Shown here: positions 52,633-62,483 of the stretch, piece after piece | Layout of the letters: each line of letters starts with the position of its first letter | How positions within the stretch are numbered: the stretch's first letter is position 1 | NCBI GenBank assembly: GCA_963778805.1 | Contig: CAVZVT010000005.1 | Location: forward strand, 293,838 to 357,837 | Direction of reading: 5' to 3' | Length of the DNA: 64,000 bases | Source of the DNA: an uncultured Chloroflexia bacterium | GTDB lineage: Bacteria > Chloroflexota > Limnocylindria > Limnocylindrales > CSP1-4 | The notes under the pieces: model-generated | Seen by the model: only the letters and a program-made list of their open reading frames with translations | Told to the model about the DNA's origin: nothing | Database searches by the model: none | Made by a program: the position numbers and the translations under genes

Positions 52633-53829
52633 GTGACCACCGCAGACGTGACCATCGACGACCGCCCGGGTATCTCGGGTCTGCCACCCGAGGACGTCGC
52701 GGCCTGGGTCGCCTCGCAGGGACAGCCCGCCTACCGCGCGCGGCAGGTCCAGCAGGCCGTCTGGGACGGTGGGGGCTCGACCGATCCAGCGACGATCGCG
52801 ACGCTCCCGATCGCCCTCCGGACGGCCCTGGGCGACGCGTTCCGCTTCGATACCGTCGCGGATTCGGAGGTGCGGGTCACCGACGGCGGGCTCACCGAGA
52901 AGGCTCTGCATCGGCTGGCCGATGGCGCGCTGGTCGAATCCGTGCTCATGCACTATCCGGCACGATCGGGTCAGCGGGAACGCCACACGCTGTGCATCTC
53001 CAGCCAGGCCGGTTGCGCGGTGGGTTGTCCGTTCTGTGCGACCGGCGAGCTCGGCTACACCCGCGACCTCTCCACGGCCGAGATCGTCGATCAGGTCCGA
53101 CATGCCGCACGTCGACTCGCGGCGGACGGCAAGCGGCTGACGAACATCGTGTACATGGGGATGGGCGAGCCATTGCTCAACCTCGACCGGGTCCTGGCGT
53201 CGGTGGAGGCCCTCAACGACCCGGACCGGTTCGGTCTTGGGGCGCGGCACATCACGGTCTCCACGTCGGGGGTCGTGCCCGGCATCCGACGGCTCACCGC
53301 GCTGGGACCGCAGTTCACCCTGGCGATCTCGCTCCACGCCGCCCGCGATGCGTTGCGCGACGTCCTCGTCCCGTTGAACCGCCGCTGGCCGGTCGCGGAG
53401 GTGGTGGATGCCGCCCGCGCCCACGGTCGATCGACCGGACGTCGGATCAGCTACGAGGTGACCATGATCGGCGGCGTGAATGACACGGCCCTCGATGCCG
53501 AGGCGATGGCGTCCCTGCTCCGGGGCGATCACGCGCATGTGAACCTCATCCCGATGAACCCCGTCGCCCACACCCCATGGACGGCCAGCCCGATGCCCGT
53601 GATCGAGGCGTTCGCCGCGACGCTCCGTGAGGCCGGCATCGGCACGACGATCCGACGCAACCGCGGCCAGGAGATCGGTGCGGCGTGTGGTCAGCTGGCG
53701 GCCGAACGAAGTGGTGAGCCGACCGCGCCCGCGGTCGCCCGCCGGCGCGAGCTGCTGGTCGTGGCGAGCACGGCGGCGCTCCGCGGCGAGCGAAGCCACG
53801 AGCCGGCACCGGCCGGGGTGGGGGAGTAG
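52633..53829 (+). CDS. rlmN: 23S rRNA/tRNA m2A methyltransferase (radical SAM)
   Basis: CxxxCxxC-like cluster SSQAGCAVGCPFCATG. Confidence 0.9.
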   Translation: MTTADVTIDDRPGISGLPPEDVAAWVASQGQPAYRARQVQQAVWDGGGSTDPATIATLPIALRTALGDAFRFDTVADSEVRVTDGGLTEKALHRLADGALVESVLMHYPARSGQRERHTLCISSQAGCAVGCPFCATGELGYTRDLSTAEIVDQVRHAARRLAADGKRLTNIVYMGMGEPLLNLDRVLASVEALNDPDRFGLGARHITVSTSGVVPGIRRLTALGPQFTLAISLHAARDALRDVLVPLNRRWPVAEVVDAARAHGRSTGRRISYEVTMIGGVNDTALDAEAMASLLRGDHAHVNLIPMNPVAHTPWTASPMPVIEAFAATLREAGIGTTIRRNRGQEIGAACGQLAAERSGEPTAPAVARRRELLVVASTAALRGERSHEPAPAGVGE

Positions 53830-53831
53830 CC

Positions 53832-54827
53832 GTGGGGACCGGCCGGGCCCGCGTCGCCGCGAGCATCCTTGACGCCGACCTCTCGAACCTGGCGCACGCG
53901 ATCCGACGCGTCCAGAACGCGGGCACGGACCGGGTCCATCTCGATGTCATGGACGGCCACTTCGTCCCGAACCTCACGTTCGGCGCCAGGACGATCAAGC
54001 ACCTCCGCCGACGGACGACGCTCCCGTTCGATGCCCATCTGATGATCAGCGAGCCCGGTCGCTATCTCGAGGAGTACCTCGACGCGGGCTGCGACTCCAT
54101 CACGATCCACGTCGAGATCGACGAGCCGATCGAGCCGACGCTCCGCGCGATCCGCGCGGCTGGTCGAGCCGCGGGCCTGTGTCTCAAGCCCGGGACACCG
54201 CTCTCGGCCCTCGAGCCCTACGAGGACCTGATCGACATCGTGATGATCATGACCGTGGAGCCCGGGTTCGGCGGCCAGTCCTTCATGAAGGAGGTCGCCC
54301 GCGACAAGATCCTCGCCGCGCGTCACTACCTGCGCCACAAGGTCCATGGCGGCGAGGTCCATGTCGATGGCGGGATCAACCGCGAGACGGCCGAATTCGC
54401 CGGTGGTCTCGGCGTCGATGTCCTGGTGGTCGGCTCGGCCTTGTTCATCAAGGGCCACGACATGGGTCGGGAGATCCGGCTGATCCGTGCGCTGGCCGAC
54501 GAGGGCTACCAGTTCACGTTGAACGGAGGCGAGCCGCCGATCCCTCGCGACCGGATGGTCCGCTTCACCTCGCTGCCGAAGCATCTCGCCCGGCCTCTGA
54601 TGGACGAGATCGAGGCGGGCGGTGTCCCGGTGATCATGCTTCGCGGCAACGGGGTCATGAACCCGGATGGGGTTCGCGACTACGACCTGCTGGTCCCGGC
54701 GACCGTCGAAGGCATCGTCGAAGCGCGACACGCCGCGGCCCGCGACCAGGCGCTGGTCGAGGCGGAGACCTGGCGCGTCGCGTTCATCGCCGAACATGGG
54801 GTGATCCCGCCGCCCACGATCGGATGA
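53832..54827 (+). CDS. rpe: ribulose-phosphate 3-epimerase with a ~105-aa C-terminal extension of unknown function
   Basis: The Rpe core (…[16 protein letters not shown]…HLM…) ends near aa ~225 (…VLVVGSALF); the frame continues for 105 aa ([49 protein letters not shown]…) with no stop. Confidence 0.8.
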   Translation: MGTGRARVAASILDADLSNLAHAIRRVQNAGTDRVHLDVMDGHFVPNLTFGARTIKHLRRRTTLPFDAHLMISEPGRYLEEYLDAGCDSITIHVEIDEPIEPTLRAIRAAGRAAGLCLKPGTPLSALEPYEDLIDIVMIMTVEPGFGGQSFMKEVARDKILAARHYLRHKVHGGEVHVDGGINRETAEFAGGLGVDVLVVGSALFIKGHDMGREIRLIRALADEGYQFTLNGGEPPIPRDRMVRFTSLPKHLARPLMDEIEAGGVPVIMLRGNGVMNPDGVRDYDLLVPATVEGIVEARHAAARDQALVEAETWRVAFIAEHGVIPPPTIG

Positions 54828-55270
54828 GAGCCCTCCTCCAGCGCGTGTCGAGCGGATCCGTCCGGATCGACGGCGAGGTGGTCGGCACCATCGACGCCGG
54901 CCTGGTGATCCTGCTCGGCGTCGGCCCGGACGATGACGAGCAGGTCGCCGACGAGCTCGCCCAGAAGGCCGTCGGTCTGCGGATCTTCCGCGACGAGGAC
55001 GGCCGGACCAACCGGTCGTTGCTGGAGACAGGGGGCGCGGCCCTGGTCGTCTCGCAGTTCACGCTGTACGCCGACACGCGGCGAGGCCGACGGCCAGGGT
55101 TCACGGGTGCGGCCGCGCCGGAGCTGGCGGATCGGCTCTACGAGCGGTTCGTCTCTACGATCCGGTCTGCGGGCGTGACCGTGGCGACCGGACGGTTCGG
55201 AGCGGAGATGTCGGTCGAGCTCGTCAACGACGGCCCGTTCACGATCTGGCTCGACAGCGCCGAGCGGTGA
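54823..55270 (+). CDS. dtd: D-aminoacyl-tRNA deacylase
   Basis: [13 protein letters not shown]…SQFTLYAD… (Dtd fold). Confidence 0.85.
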
Positions 55271-55272
55271 CG

Positions 55273-55293
55273 CCGCGACCCGCGGCGTCGCGG
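55273..55293. terminator. hairpin (7-bp stem CCGCGAC/GTCGCGG) between convergent dtd and rpmB
   Basis: GC-rich stem-loop in the 25-nt gap between the two stops. Confidence 0.35.
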
Positions 55294-55295
55294 TC

Positions 55296-55493
55296 CTACT
55301 TGGAGGACTTGTTCTGGGTCCGCCGGCAGCGCGTGCAGACGAGCGCCTTCGTGGGGACGCCCTTCTGATCGATGACGAGGGTCTGGAGGTTGGGCTGCAT
55401 GCGGCGATGCGCACGGACGCGGTTCATCCCGACCGACTGGGGGTTGAAACCGGCCATCGACGTCTTGCCGCAGATCGCGCAGGAGCGGGCCAT
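55296..55493 (-). CDS. rpmB: 50S ribosomal protein L28
   Basis: MARSCAICGK…RVRAHRRMQPNLQ…. Confidence 0.9.
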   Translation of the reverse strand: MARSCAICGKTSMAGFNPQSVGMNRVRAHRRMQPNLQTLVIDQKGVPTKALVCTRCRRTQNKSSK

Positions 55494-55627
55494 GCGAGGT
55501 CCTCAGGTAGGTGATCAGGGGGACTCGAGCCGGGACCGGCCCGAACGGAAGCGGTAGGATACCACAAGGCCTCCGACGCTCTGCTCGGACACCGCCCGAC
55601 CCGCCCTGCGAGGAGGACGACGCCCGC

Positions 55628-56051
55628 GTGTCATCCGAGAAGACCCCCGGCCGTTCGCTCGTGACCCGGCGCGCCATCGTCGACGTCGTGCGAGCGGCGA
55701 CCCTTGGGTCCTACGGCGTCGCCGGCGTCGCTGGCGGTCCGGTCGGACGGCTGCTGGCCCGGTTCGATCTCGCTCACCCAGGGATCACGGTCCGCATCGC
55801 CGGTGGCGTCGACATCGACCTGGACCTGGTGGTCGCGCTCGGCGTCCCCGTCGCTGAAGTGGCCCGCCAGGTGGACTCGGCCGTTCGGTATGCGCTTCGA
55901 CACACGCTCGGCGTGGACGTCCGCGAGCTCCACATCCACATCGATGGCGTGCGGGTCCAACCCGGCGGCGCCCCACCGATCGTCGTGGAGACCGATCCTG
56001 GCGCAGATCCGGCTTCGCGACCTCGCCGAGAGCGGGACGGACGTGGCCTGA
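55628..56051 (+). CDS. Asp23/Gls24 family envelope stress protein (3' end probably frameshifted; reads in-frame into the next gene)
   Basis: GTG start with a GAGGAGG RBS; Asp23 fold (…IVDVVRAATLGSYGVAGV…); a TGATG overlap motif at 56049-56053 suggests the native stop lies in the -1 frame. Confidence 0.6.
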
Positions 56052-57737
56052 TGCCCCGCCGATCGTGCGACGGCCCCGGTCTGCTGGAGGCGTTCCGTGC
56101 GGCGACGGCCAATCTCGAGGCCCACGTCGACGAGATCAACAACCTCAATGTCTATCCGGTCCCTGACGGCGACACCGGTTCGAACATGGCCGCGACCGTC
56201 CGAGCGGCGCTCGAGGAGGCGGAAGGCGTCGCCGGTGGATCCGTCGAGCGGGTGGCGGCCGCGATCAGTTTCGGAGCGCTCATGGGGGCCCGCGGCAACT
56301 CGGGCGTGATCACGAGCCAGATCTTTCGCGGGATGGCCGATGGACTTGCCGGCAAGCGTCGCTTCAACGGGCTGGACCTCGCGCACGCGCTCGCCGAGGG
56401 CGCACGGACGGCCTACGCGGCGGTCGCCAAGCCCGTCGAAGGCACGATCCTGACCGTCATCCGCGAGTCAGCCGATGCCGCCGTCGCGGCCGCTGCCCAC
56501 AGCGAGGACATCGAGACCGTCCTGGCCGCGACCGTGGATGCGGCCGAGAAGTCCGTGGCACGGACCCCGACCCTGCTGGCGATCCTGCGCGAGGCGGGTG
56601 TCGTGGACTCGGGTGGCCAGGGTCTGTATCGCCTCTTCCAGGGGGCGCTGCTGCATCTCGTCGGGCAGACGCTCCCGACCGAGGCCCACGACCGGACCCC
56701 CAGCGGACCCAAGCCGTCCACGCTGGTCGCCCATGCCGACGAAGGGTTCGGCTACGAGACGATGTTCCTGTTGCAGGCCACCGGTGCGACCCCGCTCGAT
56801 GTCGATGCCATCCGCCGGCATCTCGAGATCATCGGCGAGTCGGTCCTCGTGGCGGGTGACGGTCGCGCCCTCAAGATCCACGTGCACAACGAGCAGCCCG
56901 ACCTCGTGATCGGGTATGGCCTCACGCAGGGCACGTTGTCGCGGATCAGCGTCGAGAACCTGGACAACCAGGCGCGCGACGTCCGGGAGGCCAAGGCGGC
57001 CGAGTTCACGACGGAGTCGGGAGGGCATGGCGCCAGTGCGCACGCGAAGGCCAGCGCGGCCGGGGGCGTTGGCATCACGCTCCCGCTCGGCGTCGTGGCG
57101 GTCGTCTCCGGCGACGGTCTGGCCGCGATCTTCCACGACTTCGGTGTCGCGGCGGTCGTCCAGGGCGGTCAGACGGCCAACCCGAGCACGGGCGAGCTCC
57201 TCGATGCCATCGGGCGGGTCGATGCCCGCGAGATCCTCATCCTCCCCAACAACCCGAATGTGATCCTTGCGGCCCGTCAGGTCGCTTCGATGACCGACCG
57301 TCCGGTCGTCGTCGTCCCGACGCGCAATGCCGCCGAAGGCTTCGCGGCCCTCCTGGCCCTCGACCCGACCCTCGATGCGTCCGCGAACGCCGAGCCGATG
57401 ACCGATGCGGCGCCGGGCGGTCCAGACGATCGTGGTCACCGAGGCGGTGCGCGATGCGACGATCGGTGGCCACAAGGTCAGACGCGGTCAGACGATCGCG
57501 CTGGACCCCGACGATGGGCTGGTGGCGGTCGACGCGGATCGCGAGACCGCGGTGGTGGCCGCGGTCAAGACCCTCAAGCCCGGCTTCGAGTTGATCACCG
57601 TGTTCTATGGCGATGGAGCGGACCTGGTGGAGGCAGAGGGGATGGTCCGTCGGATCGGCGCGATGCATCCGGGGATGGACGTCGAGGTTCGGCATGGTGG
57701 CCAGCCCTACTACCGATATCTGATCGCCGCGGAATAG
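56051..57737 (+). CDS. DAK2 domain protein (YloV/FakA-like fatty acid kinase subunit); frameshift near 57400
   Basis: INNLNVYPVPDGDTGSNM DAK2 motif; the C-terminal 110 aa lie in another frame. Confidence 0.75.
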
Positions 57738-57738
57738 C

Positions 57739-59962
57739 GTGCCCAGCACCACCGGGACGCCCAACAAGGCCGGTGCGGCGCGCAAGGCGGCCGCGGTCCC
57801 GCCGCCGCCCACGGACCCCGTGGAACTCCTCTCGACGCCGCTGGCGAGATCCGGTCTGACCGCCGCGGCCCAGCTTCGTCGAACGGGCATGCGCCTCGGC
57901 ATCTACGACGTCCGCGACCTGTTGTTCCATCTGCCGCGTCGATACGACGACTTGCGCGAGATGCTCCGACTGGGCGACCTGATCCACGCCGAGCTCGGGA
58001 CCGTGGTGTCCGCTCGCGCGGTGGTCGGGGACGTCCGGGTCGAGCCGACGTTCCGTCGCCGCGTCCAGCGGACCATCGCCACGTTCGAGGATGACAGCGG
58101 GTCCATCCAGGCGACCTGGTTCGGGCGCCGCTTCATCGAGCGCCGACTCCACGTCGGGAGCGAGGTCGTCGTCTCGGGTCGCCTGAAGCGGTTCGGGCGC
58201 GAGCTCACCCTCGACAACCCGGAGTTCCAGACGATCGAGGACGGCGATCCCGAGGTGTTGCACGCGGGTCGCATCGTCCCGGTCTACCGGCTCACCGGCG
58301 GGTTGACGGCGGCTCGCCTGCGGCTGGCGATCCGCGAGGCGCTCGACCGAGCCGGGTCCGGCTACCCGGAGTACCTGCCTGGCTCGATCATCGGCGACGA
58401 AGGTCTGACGGGCATCGTGCCGGCGCTCGAAGAGGCGCACTACCCGGCGAGCTTCGACGGTCGCGACGCGGCGCTCCGGCGGCTGGCCTTCGACGAACTG
58501 CTCGCGCTCCAGCTCGGCATGGTCGCCCGGCGTCGGCAACGAGCCCGGATGGCCGCACCGCAGATCGAGGTCCCGGACGCCGCCGACGCCCGGATCCGAG
58601 CGACCCTGACCGCCGCGCTGTCGGTCCGTGTCGGCCGGCCGGTGACGCTCACCGAAGACCAGGGGATCGCCGTGGAGCGGATCCGCGGCGACCTCGCGCG
58701 AACGTCGCCGATGCTGCGGCTCCTCCAGGGTGATGTCGGTTCGGGCAAGACCGCGGTCGCCGCGTACGCCCTCGCCGCGGTGGCCGGGCAGGGCCTCCAG
58801 GGCGCGCTGCTCGCCCCGACGGACCTCCTGGCGCGACAACATGTCGAGACCGTCGGGGCGCTCCTGGCGGACCTCGGGGTCGGCGGTCACGCTCCTCACG
58901 GGATCGCTGAAGGCCGAGGGCCGGGCGAAGGCGCTGGGTGACATCGCCACGGGTCAGGCGACCGTCGTGGTGGGAACGCACGCGCTGATCCAGGAGTCCG
59001 TCGTCTTTCGCGACCTCGGCCTGGTCGTGATCGACGAGCAGCACCGGTTCGGGGTCGGGCAGCGGGACGCCCTCGAGGCGAAGGCCGGTGGTCGTCCGCC
59101 GCATGTCCTGCTGATGACCGCGACACCCATCCCGCGCACGCTCGGCCAGGTCCTCTATGCCGACCTCGACGTCACCGATCTCCGGACGCCACCGGCGGGA
59201 CGCGTGCCGATCCGGACGGGGATCCGTCGACCGGATGAACTGGCCGGGACGTGGCAGAAGGTCCGCGACGAGGCGGCCGAAGGCCATCCGACGTTCGTCG
59301 TGGTGCCGCTCATCGACGATTCGGGCGAGGAGGGGACCGGTGCCGTCGCCGCGGAGAGCGAGGCGGTCCGCCTGCGGGCCTTGCTGGCACCACTCCGCGT
59401 CGGTCTGGTCCACGGCCGGATGAAGGCGACCGATCGCGACGCCGAGATGACGCGGTTCCGCGACGGCGAGCTCGATGTGCTCGTCGGGACGACCGTCGTG
59501 GAGGTGGGGGTCGACGTCCCGGCGGCCACGATGATGATCATCGAGGGCGCGGATCGATTCGGTCTGGCGCAGCTCCACCAGTTGCGCGGCCGTGTGGGTC
59601 GCGGGACGGTCGAGTCCTACTGCGTGCTCGTGTCGGACTCGATCGACGAGGTGGCCCAGGCGCGACTCAAGGCCGTGGCGGAGCTGCGGGATGGGTTCGA
59701 CCTTGCCGAACGCGACTTCGAGCTGCGACGCGAAGGCGACGTCCTCGGGCTCGTCCAGAGCGGGCTGCCCCAACTCCGGGTCGCATCGCTCGCCCGCGAG
59801 GATCACCGAGCGCTGGCCGTCCGGGCGCGTGGCCATGCCGAGGCGCTGCTGGACGAACGGGGTCGGTGGCACGATGGCGGATCGGCGCTCGTCGCCGAAC
59901 TGGCCCATGGCTGGCTTCGACGGGTCGCGAGCGGTGATGCGGACGCCGATGTCGACGATTGA
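57739..59962 (+). CDS. recG: ATP-dependent DNA helicase RecG (frameshift near 58880)
   Basis: Wedge domain, Walker A GDVGSGKT, DEQH box (VIDEQHRFG), and the C-terminal helicase domain across two frames. Confidence 0.9.
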
Positions 59963-60515
59963 TGCCGGCCGGGTCATCGCGGGGCGGGCTCGCGGGATCC
60001 GGCTGATCGGACCCGGACCGATGACCCGACCGATGGGGGACCGCCTCAAGCAGACCCTCTTCGCGATCCTCGAGCCAGACCTGCCGGGGGCGGCGGTCCT
60101 CGACCTGTTCGCCGGGAGCGGCGCCGGGGGCATCGAGGCACTGTCGCGCGGGGCCGCCAGTGCCACCTTCGTCGAGCGCGACCCGGGCGCCTGCCGGGTC
60201 ATCCAGGCCAATCTCGAGCGGACGCGACTGGCCGGCCCGACCGTGCGCGTCGAAGGCACCGACGTGCTGCGCTGGCTGGCCCGCACCAGCGATGCCGGGT
60301 TCGATGTCGTCATCGTCGACCCGCCCTACGATCACCCCGACGTCCTGATCGCGTCCCTCGAGCAGCTGGGTCCGCATCTGACATCGGGCGCGCGCGTCAT
60401 CGCCAAGCACGCGTCGACGACGTCCCCGCCGCCCGTGGTCGGGCTGCTAGCATCGGAGCGCGAACGTCGCTTCGGTGAGACGACGCTCACCTTCTATCGG
60501 CGCCAGGAGGACTGA
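59949..60515 (+). CDS. rsmD: 16S rRNA (guanine966-N2)-methyltransferase RsmD
   Basis: LDLFAGSGAGGIEALSRGA…VDPPY. Confidence 0.8.
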   Translation: MSTIDAGRVIAGRARGIRLIGPGPMTRPMGDRLKQTLFAILEPDLPGAAVLDLFAGSGAGGIEALSRGAASATFVERDPGACRVIQANLERTRLAGPTVRVEGTDVLRWLARTSDAGFDVVIVDPPYDHPDVLIASLEQLGPHLTSGARVIAKHASTTSPPPVVGLLASERERRFGETTLTFYRRQED

Positions 60516-61009
60516 TGCGCATCGCGGTCTACCCGGGCTCGTTCGATCCCGTGACGAACGGTCATCTCGATATCGTCGAGCGCGCCGTCGCCGTGTTCGA
60601 CCGGGTCATCGTCGGGGTCCTCGCCAATCCGCGAAAGACGCCGCTCCTTCCGGTCGAGACACGGATGCAGGTCCTCGCGACATCGATCGCGGCCGCCGGG
60701 CTGGGCGAGGACCGGGTGACCGTCGCGTCCTTCGACGGGCTGACCGTGGACTTCTGCCGCACGGCCGGGGCCTCGGCGATCGTGCGCGGTCTGCGGGCCA
60801 TCAGCGACTTCGAGACCGAGATGCAGCTCGCCCACAACAACCGCGTCCTCGCCCCGGCGGTCGACACGGTGTTCTTCATGACCTCGGTCGCCAACGGCTA
60901 CGTCAGCAGCAGCCTGGTCAAGGAGATCGCGGGCTTCGGTGGTGACATCACGACGATGGTGCCACCGGCGGCGCGGGCGGCCACCGTCGAGGCTCTGACG
61001 CGACGCTGA
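60515..61009 (+). CDS. coaD: phosphopantetheine adenylyltransferase
   Basis: MRIAVYPGSFDPVTNGHLDI…. Confidence 0.9.
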   Translation: MRIAVYPGSFDPVTNGHLDIVERAVAVFDRVIVGVLANPRKTPLLPVETRMQVLATSIAAAGLGEDRVTVASFDGLTVDFCRTAGASAIVRGLRAISDFETEMQLAHNNRVLAPAVDTVFFMTSVANGYVSSSLVKEIAGFGGDITTMVPPAARAATVEALTRR

Positions 61010-61158
61010 ACCCATGGTCCGCGTGCCATACTTGATGTGACGCGTGCCGGGACCCGACCGCCGAGCTGGAGGGCACTCCCATCGACATCATCTTCCTCGT
61101 CGAGCGCCTCGAGTCGCTCATCGCCAACGGGAAGAGACTGCCGCTCACGACGAACGTC

Positions 61159-61620
61159 GTGGTCGACCAGAACGCCGCACTCGGTCTCATCGACGAGTTG
61201 CGCGTCGCGGTCCCCGAAGAGGTTCGCGCGGCCAAGCGGATCAACGCCGAAGGCGAGCGGATCATCGAGAAGGCCCAGGATGAGGCCGAGCGGATCGTCG
61301 CCAAGGCCCAGGAGCAGGCGGCGTTCCTGATCGACGAACGAGGCCTCACCGAAGCGGCGCAGGGACAGAGCCAGCGGATCATCGATGACGCGCACCTCGA
61401 TGCCGACGAGATCCGGCGCGGCGCCGACGAATACGCGGTCGGTGTGCTGGTCGGTCTTGAGGGCGACGTCGTCAAGACACTCCAAAGCATCAAGAAGGGG
61501 ATCGCGATGCTCGACGAGCGTCGTGCGGAGGTCATCGCCGAACCGGTGGCGGACGACCCCGATGCGGATCCGATGTGGGCGGACGAGGAAGAGGACGCGT
61601 CCCAGCCCCTCCGGTCATGA
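61159..61620 (+). CDS. hypothetical coiled-coil protein (ATP synthase b/H-like helical region); the frame is open and coding-like from 61036 with no canonical start
   Basis: The ORF listed from GTG 61159; upstream in frame …TPIDIIFLVERLESLIANGKRLPLTTNVVVDQNAAL… also looks coding; it ends with an ATGA overlap into yceD. Confidence 0.45.
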   Translation: MVDQNAALGLIDELRVAVPEEVRAAKRINAEGERIIEKAQDEAERIVAKAQEQAAFLIDERGLTEAAQGQSQRIIDDAHLDADEIRRGADEYAVGVLVGLEGDVVKTLQSIKKGIAMLDERRAEVIAEPVADDPDADPMWADEEEDASQPLRS

Positions 61621-62168
61621 CGGTCCGCCCGCCGGACGGGCCGCTCAGCTGGAATGTCGCGGGGCTGCTGACCGACGTCATCGGGGCGACCCGGGTCCTC
61701 GACGTCACCGATGTCCGTCCATCGACCGAGGAATTCGATCTTGCCGAGCCGATCGCCGGCCGGATCCGGCTCACCAGGACGAACCGAGGGATCCTCGTCG
61801 CGGCCGATCTGACGGTCACGCTCGCCGTCGAGTGCAGCCGATGTCTCCGACCGACCACGCTGCCCCTCGCCCTGACGATCAAGGAGGAGGTCCTGCCCGC
61901 GCTCGATCTCGCGAGTGGCGTACCGCTCGACACCGAGGCCGAGCCCGACGCGCTTCGGCTCACCGATCATCACGAGCTGGATCTCGAGACGACCGTGCTC
62001 GAGGCCATCGTCATGGCCGAGCCGATCGCCCCACTGTGTCGGCCGGACTGCCCCGGTCTGTGTCCCACCTGCGGGGGTCGACTCGACGAGGGTTCGCACG
62101 TGCATCCGGACGACGACATCGACCCTCGGCTGGCTGCGCTCCAGGGGTTCGCGGTCGACGACGAATGA
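61617..62168 (+). CDS. yceD: YceD/DUF177 family protein (large-subunit rRNA maturation factor)
   Basis: A Cys cluster (CSRCL…CRPDCPGLCPTCG) typical of DUF177, immediately upstream of rpmF. Confidence 0.8.
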   Translation: MTVRPPDGPLSWNVAGLLTDVIGATRVLDVTDVRPSTEEFDLAEPIAGRIRLTRTNRGILVAADLTVTLAVECSRCLRPTTLPLALTIKEEVLPALDLASGVPLDTEAEPDALRLTDHHELDLETTVLEAIVMAEPIAPLCRPDCPGLCPTCGGRLDEGSHVHPDDDIDPRLAALQGFAVDDE

Positions 62169-62278
62169 CGTCGGGCGCCTGCTTGCGGTAGACTCCGCCG
62201 TCGGCGCTGCGCCGTGTCTCGCATGGCACGATGGCCGCCACGCCGCACCATCGCCACTGACAAGGAGCCCACGATCCC

Positions 62279-62479
62279 ATGGGTGTACCCAAGCGACGCG
62301 TCTCGCATGCCCGCCAGGGCGAGCGCCGTGCGCATCAAGCCATCGCCCTGCCGAACCTCGAGGAGTGCCCGCACTGCCACGAGATGAAGCAGCAGCATCA
62401 CGTCTGCCCGAACTGCGGCTACTACCACGGCCGCCTGGCGATCGACCTCAAGCCAGCTCGCGACGACGCCGCGCGCTGA
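62279..62479 (+). CDS. rpmF: 50S ribosomal protein L32
   Basis: MGVPKRRVSHARQGERRAH…CPHCHEMKQQHHVCPNCGYY; -35 TGACGT, 17-nt spacer, -10 TAGACT at 62166-62194. Confidence 0.9.
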   Translation: MGVPKRRVSHARQGERRAHQAIALPNLEECPHCHEMKQQHHVCPNCGYYHGRLAIDLKPARDDAAR

Positions 62480-62483
62480 TCCC

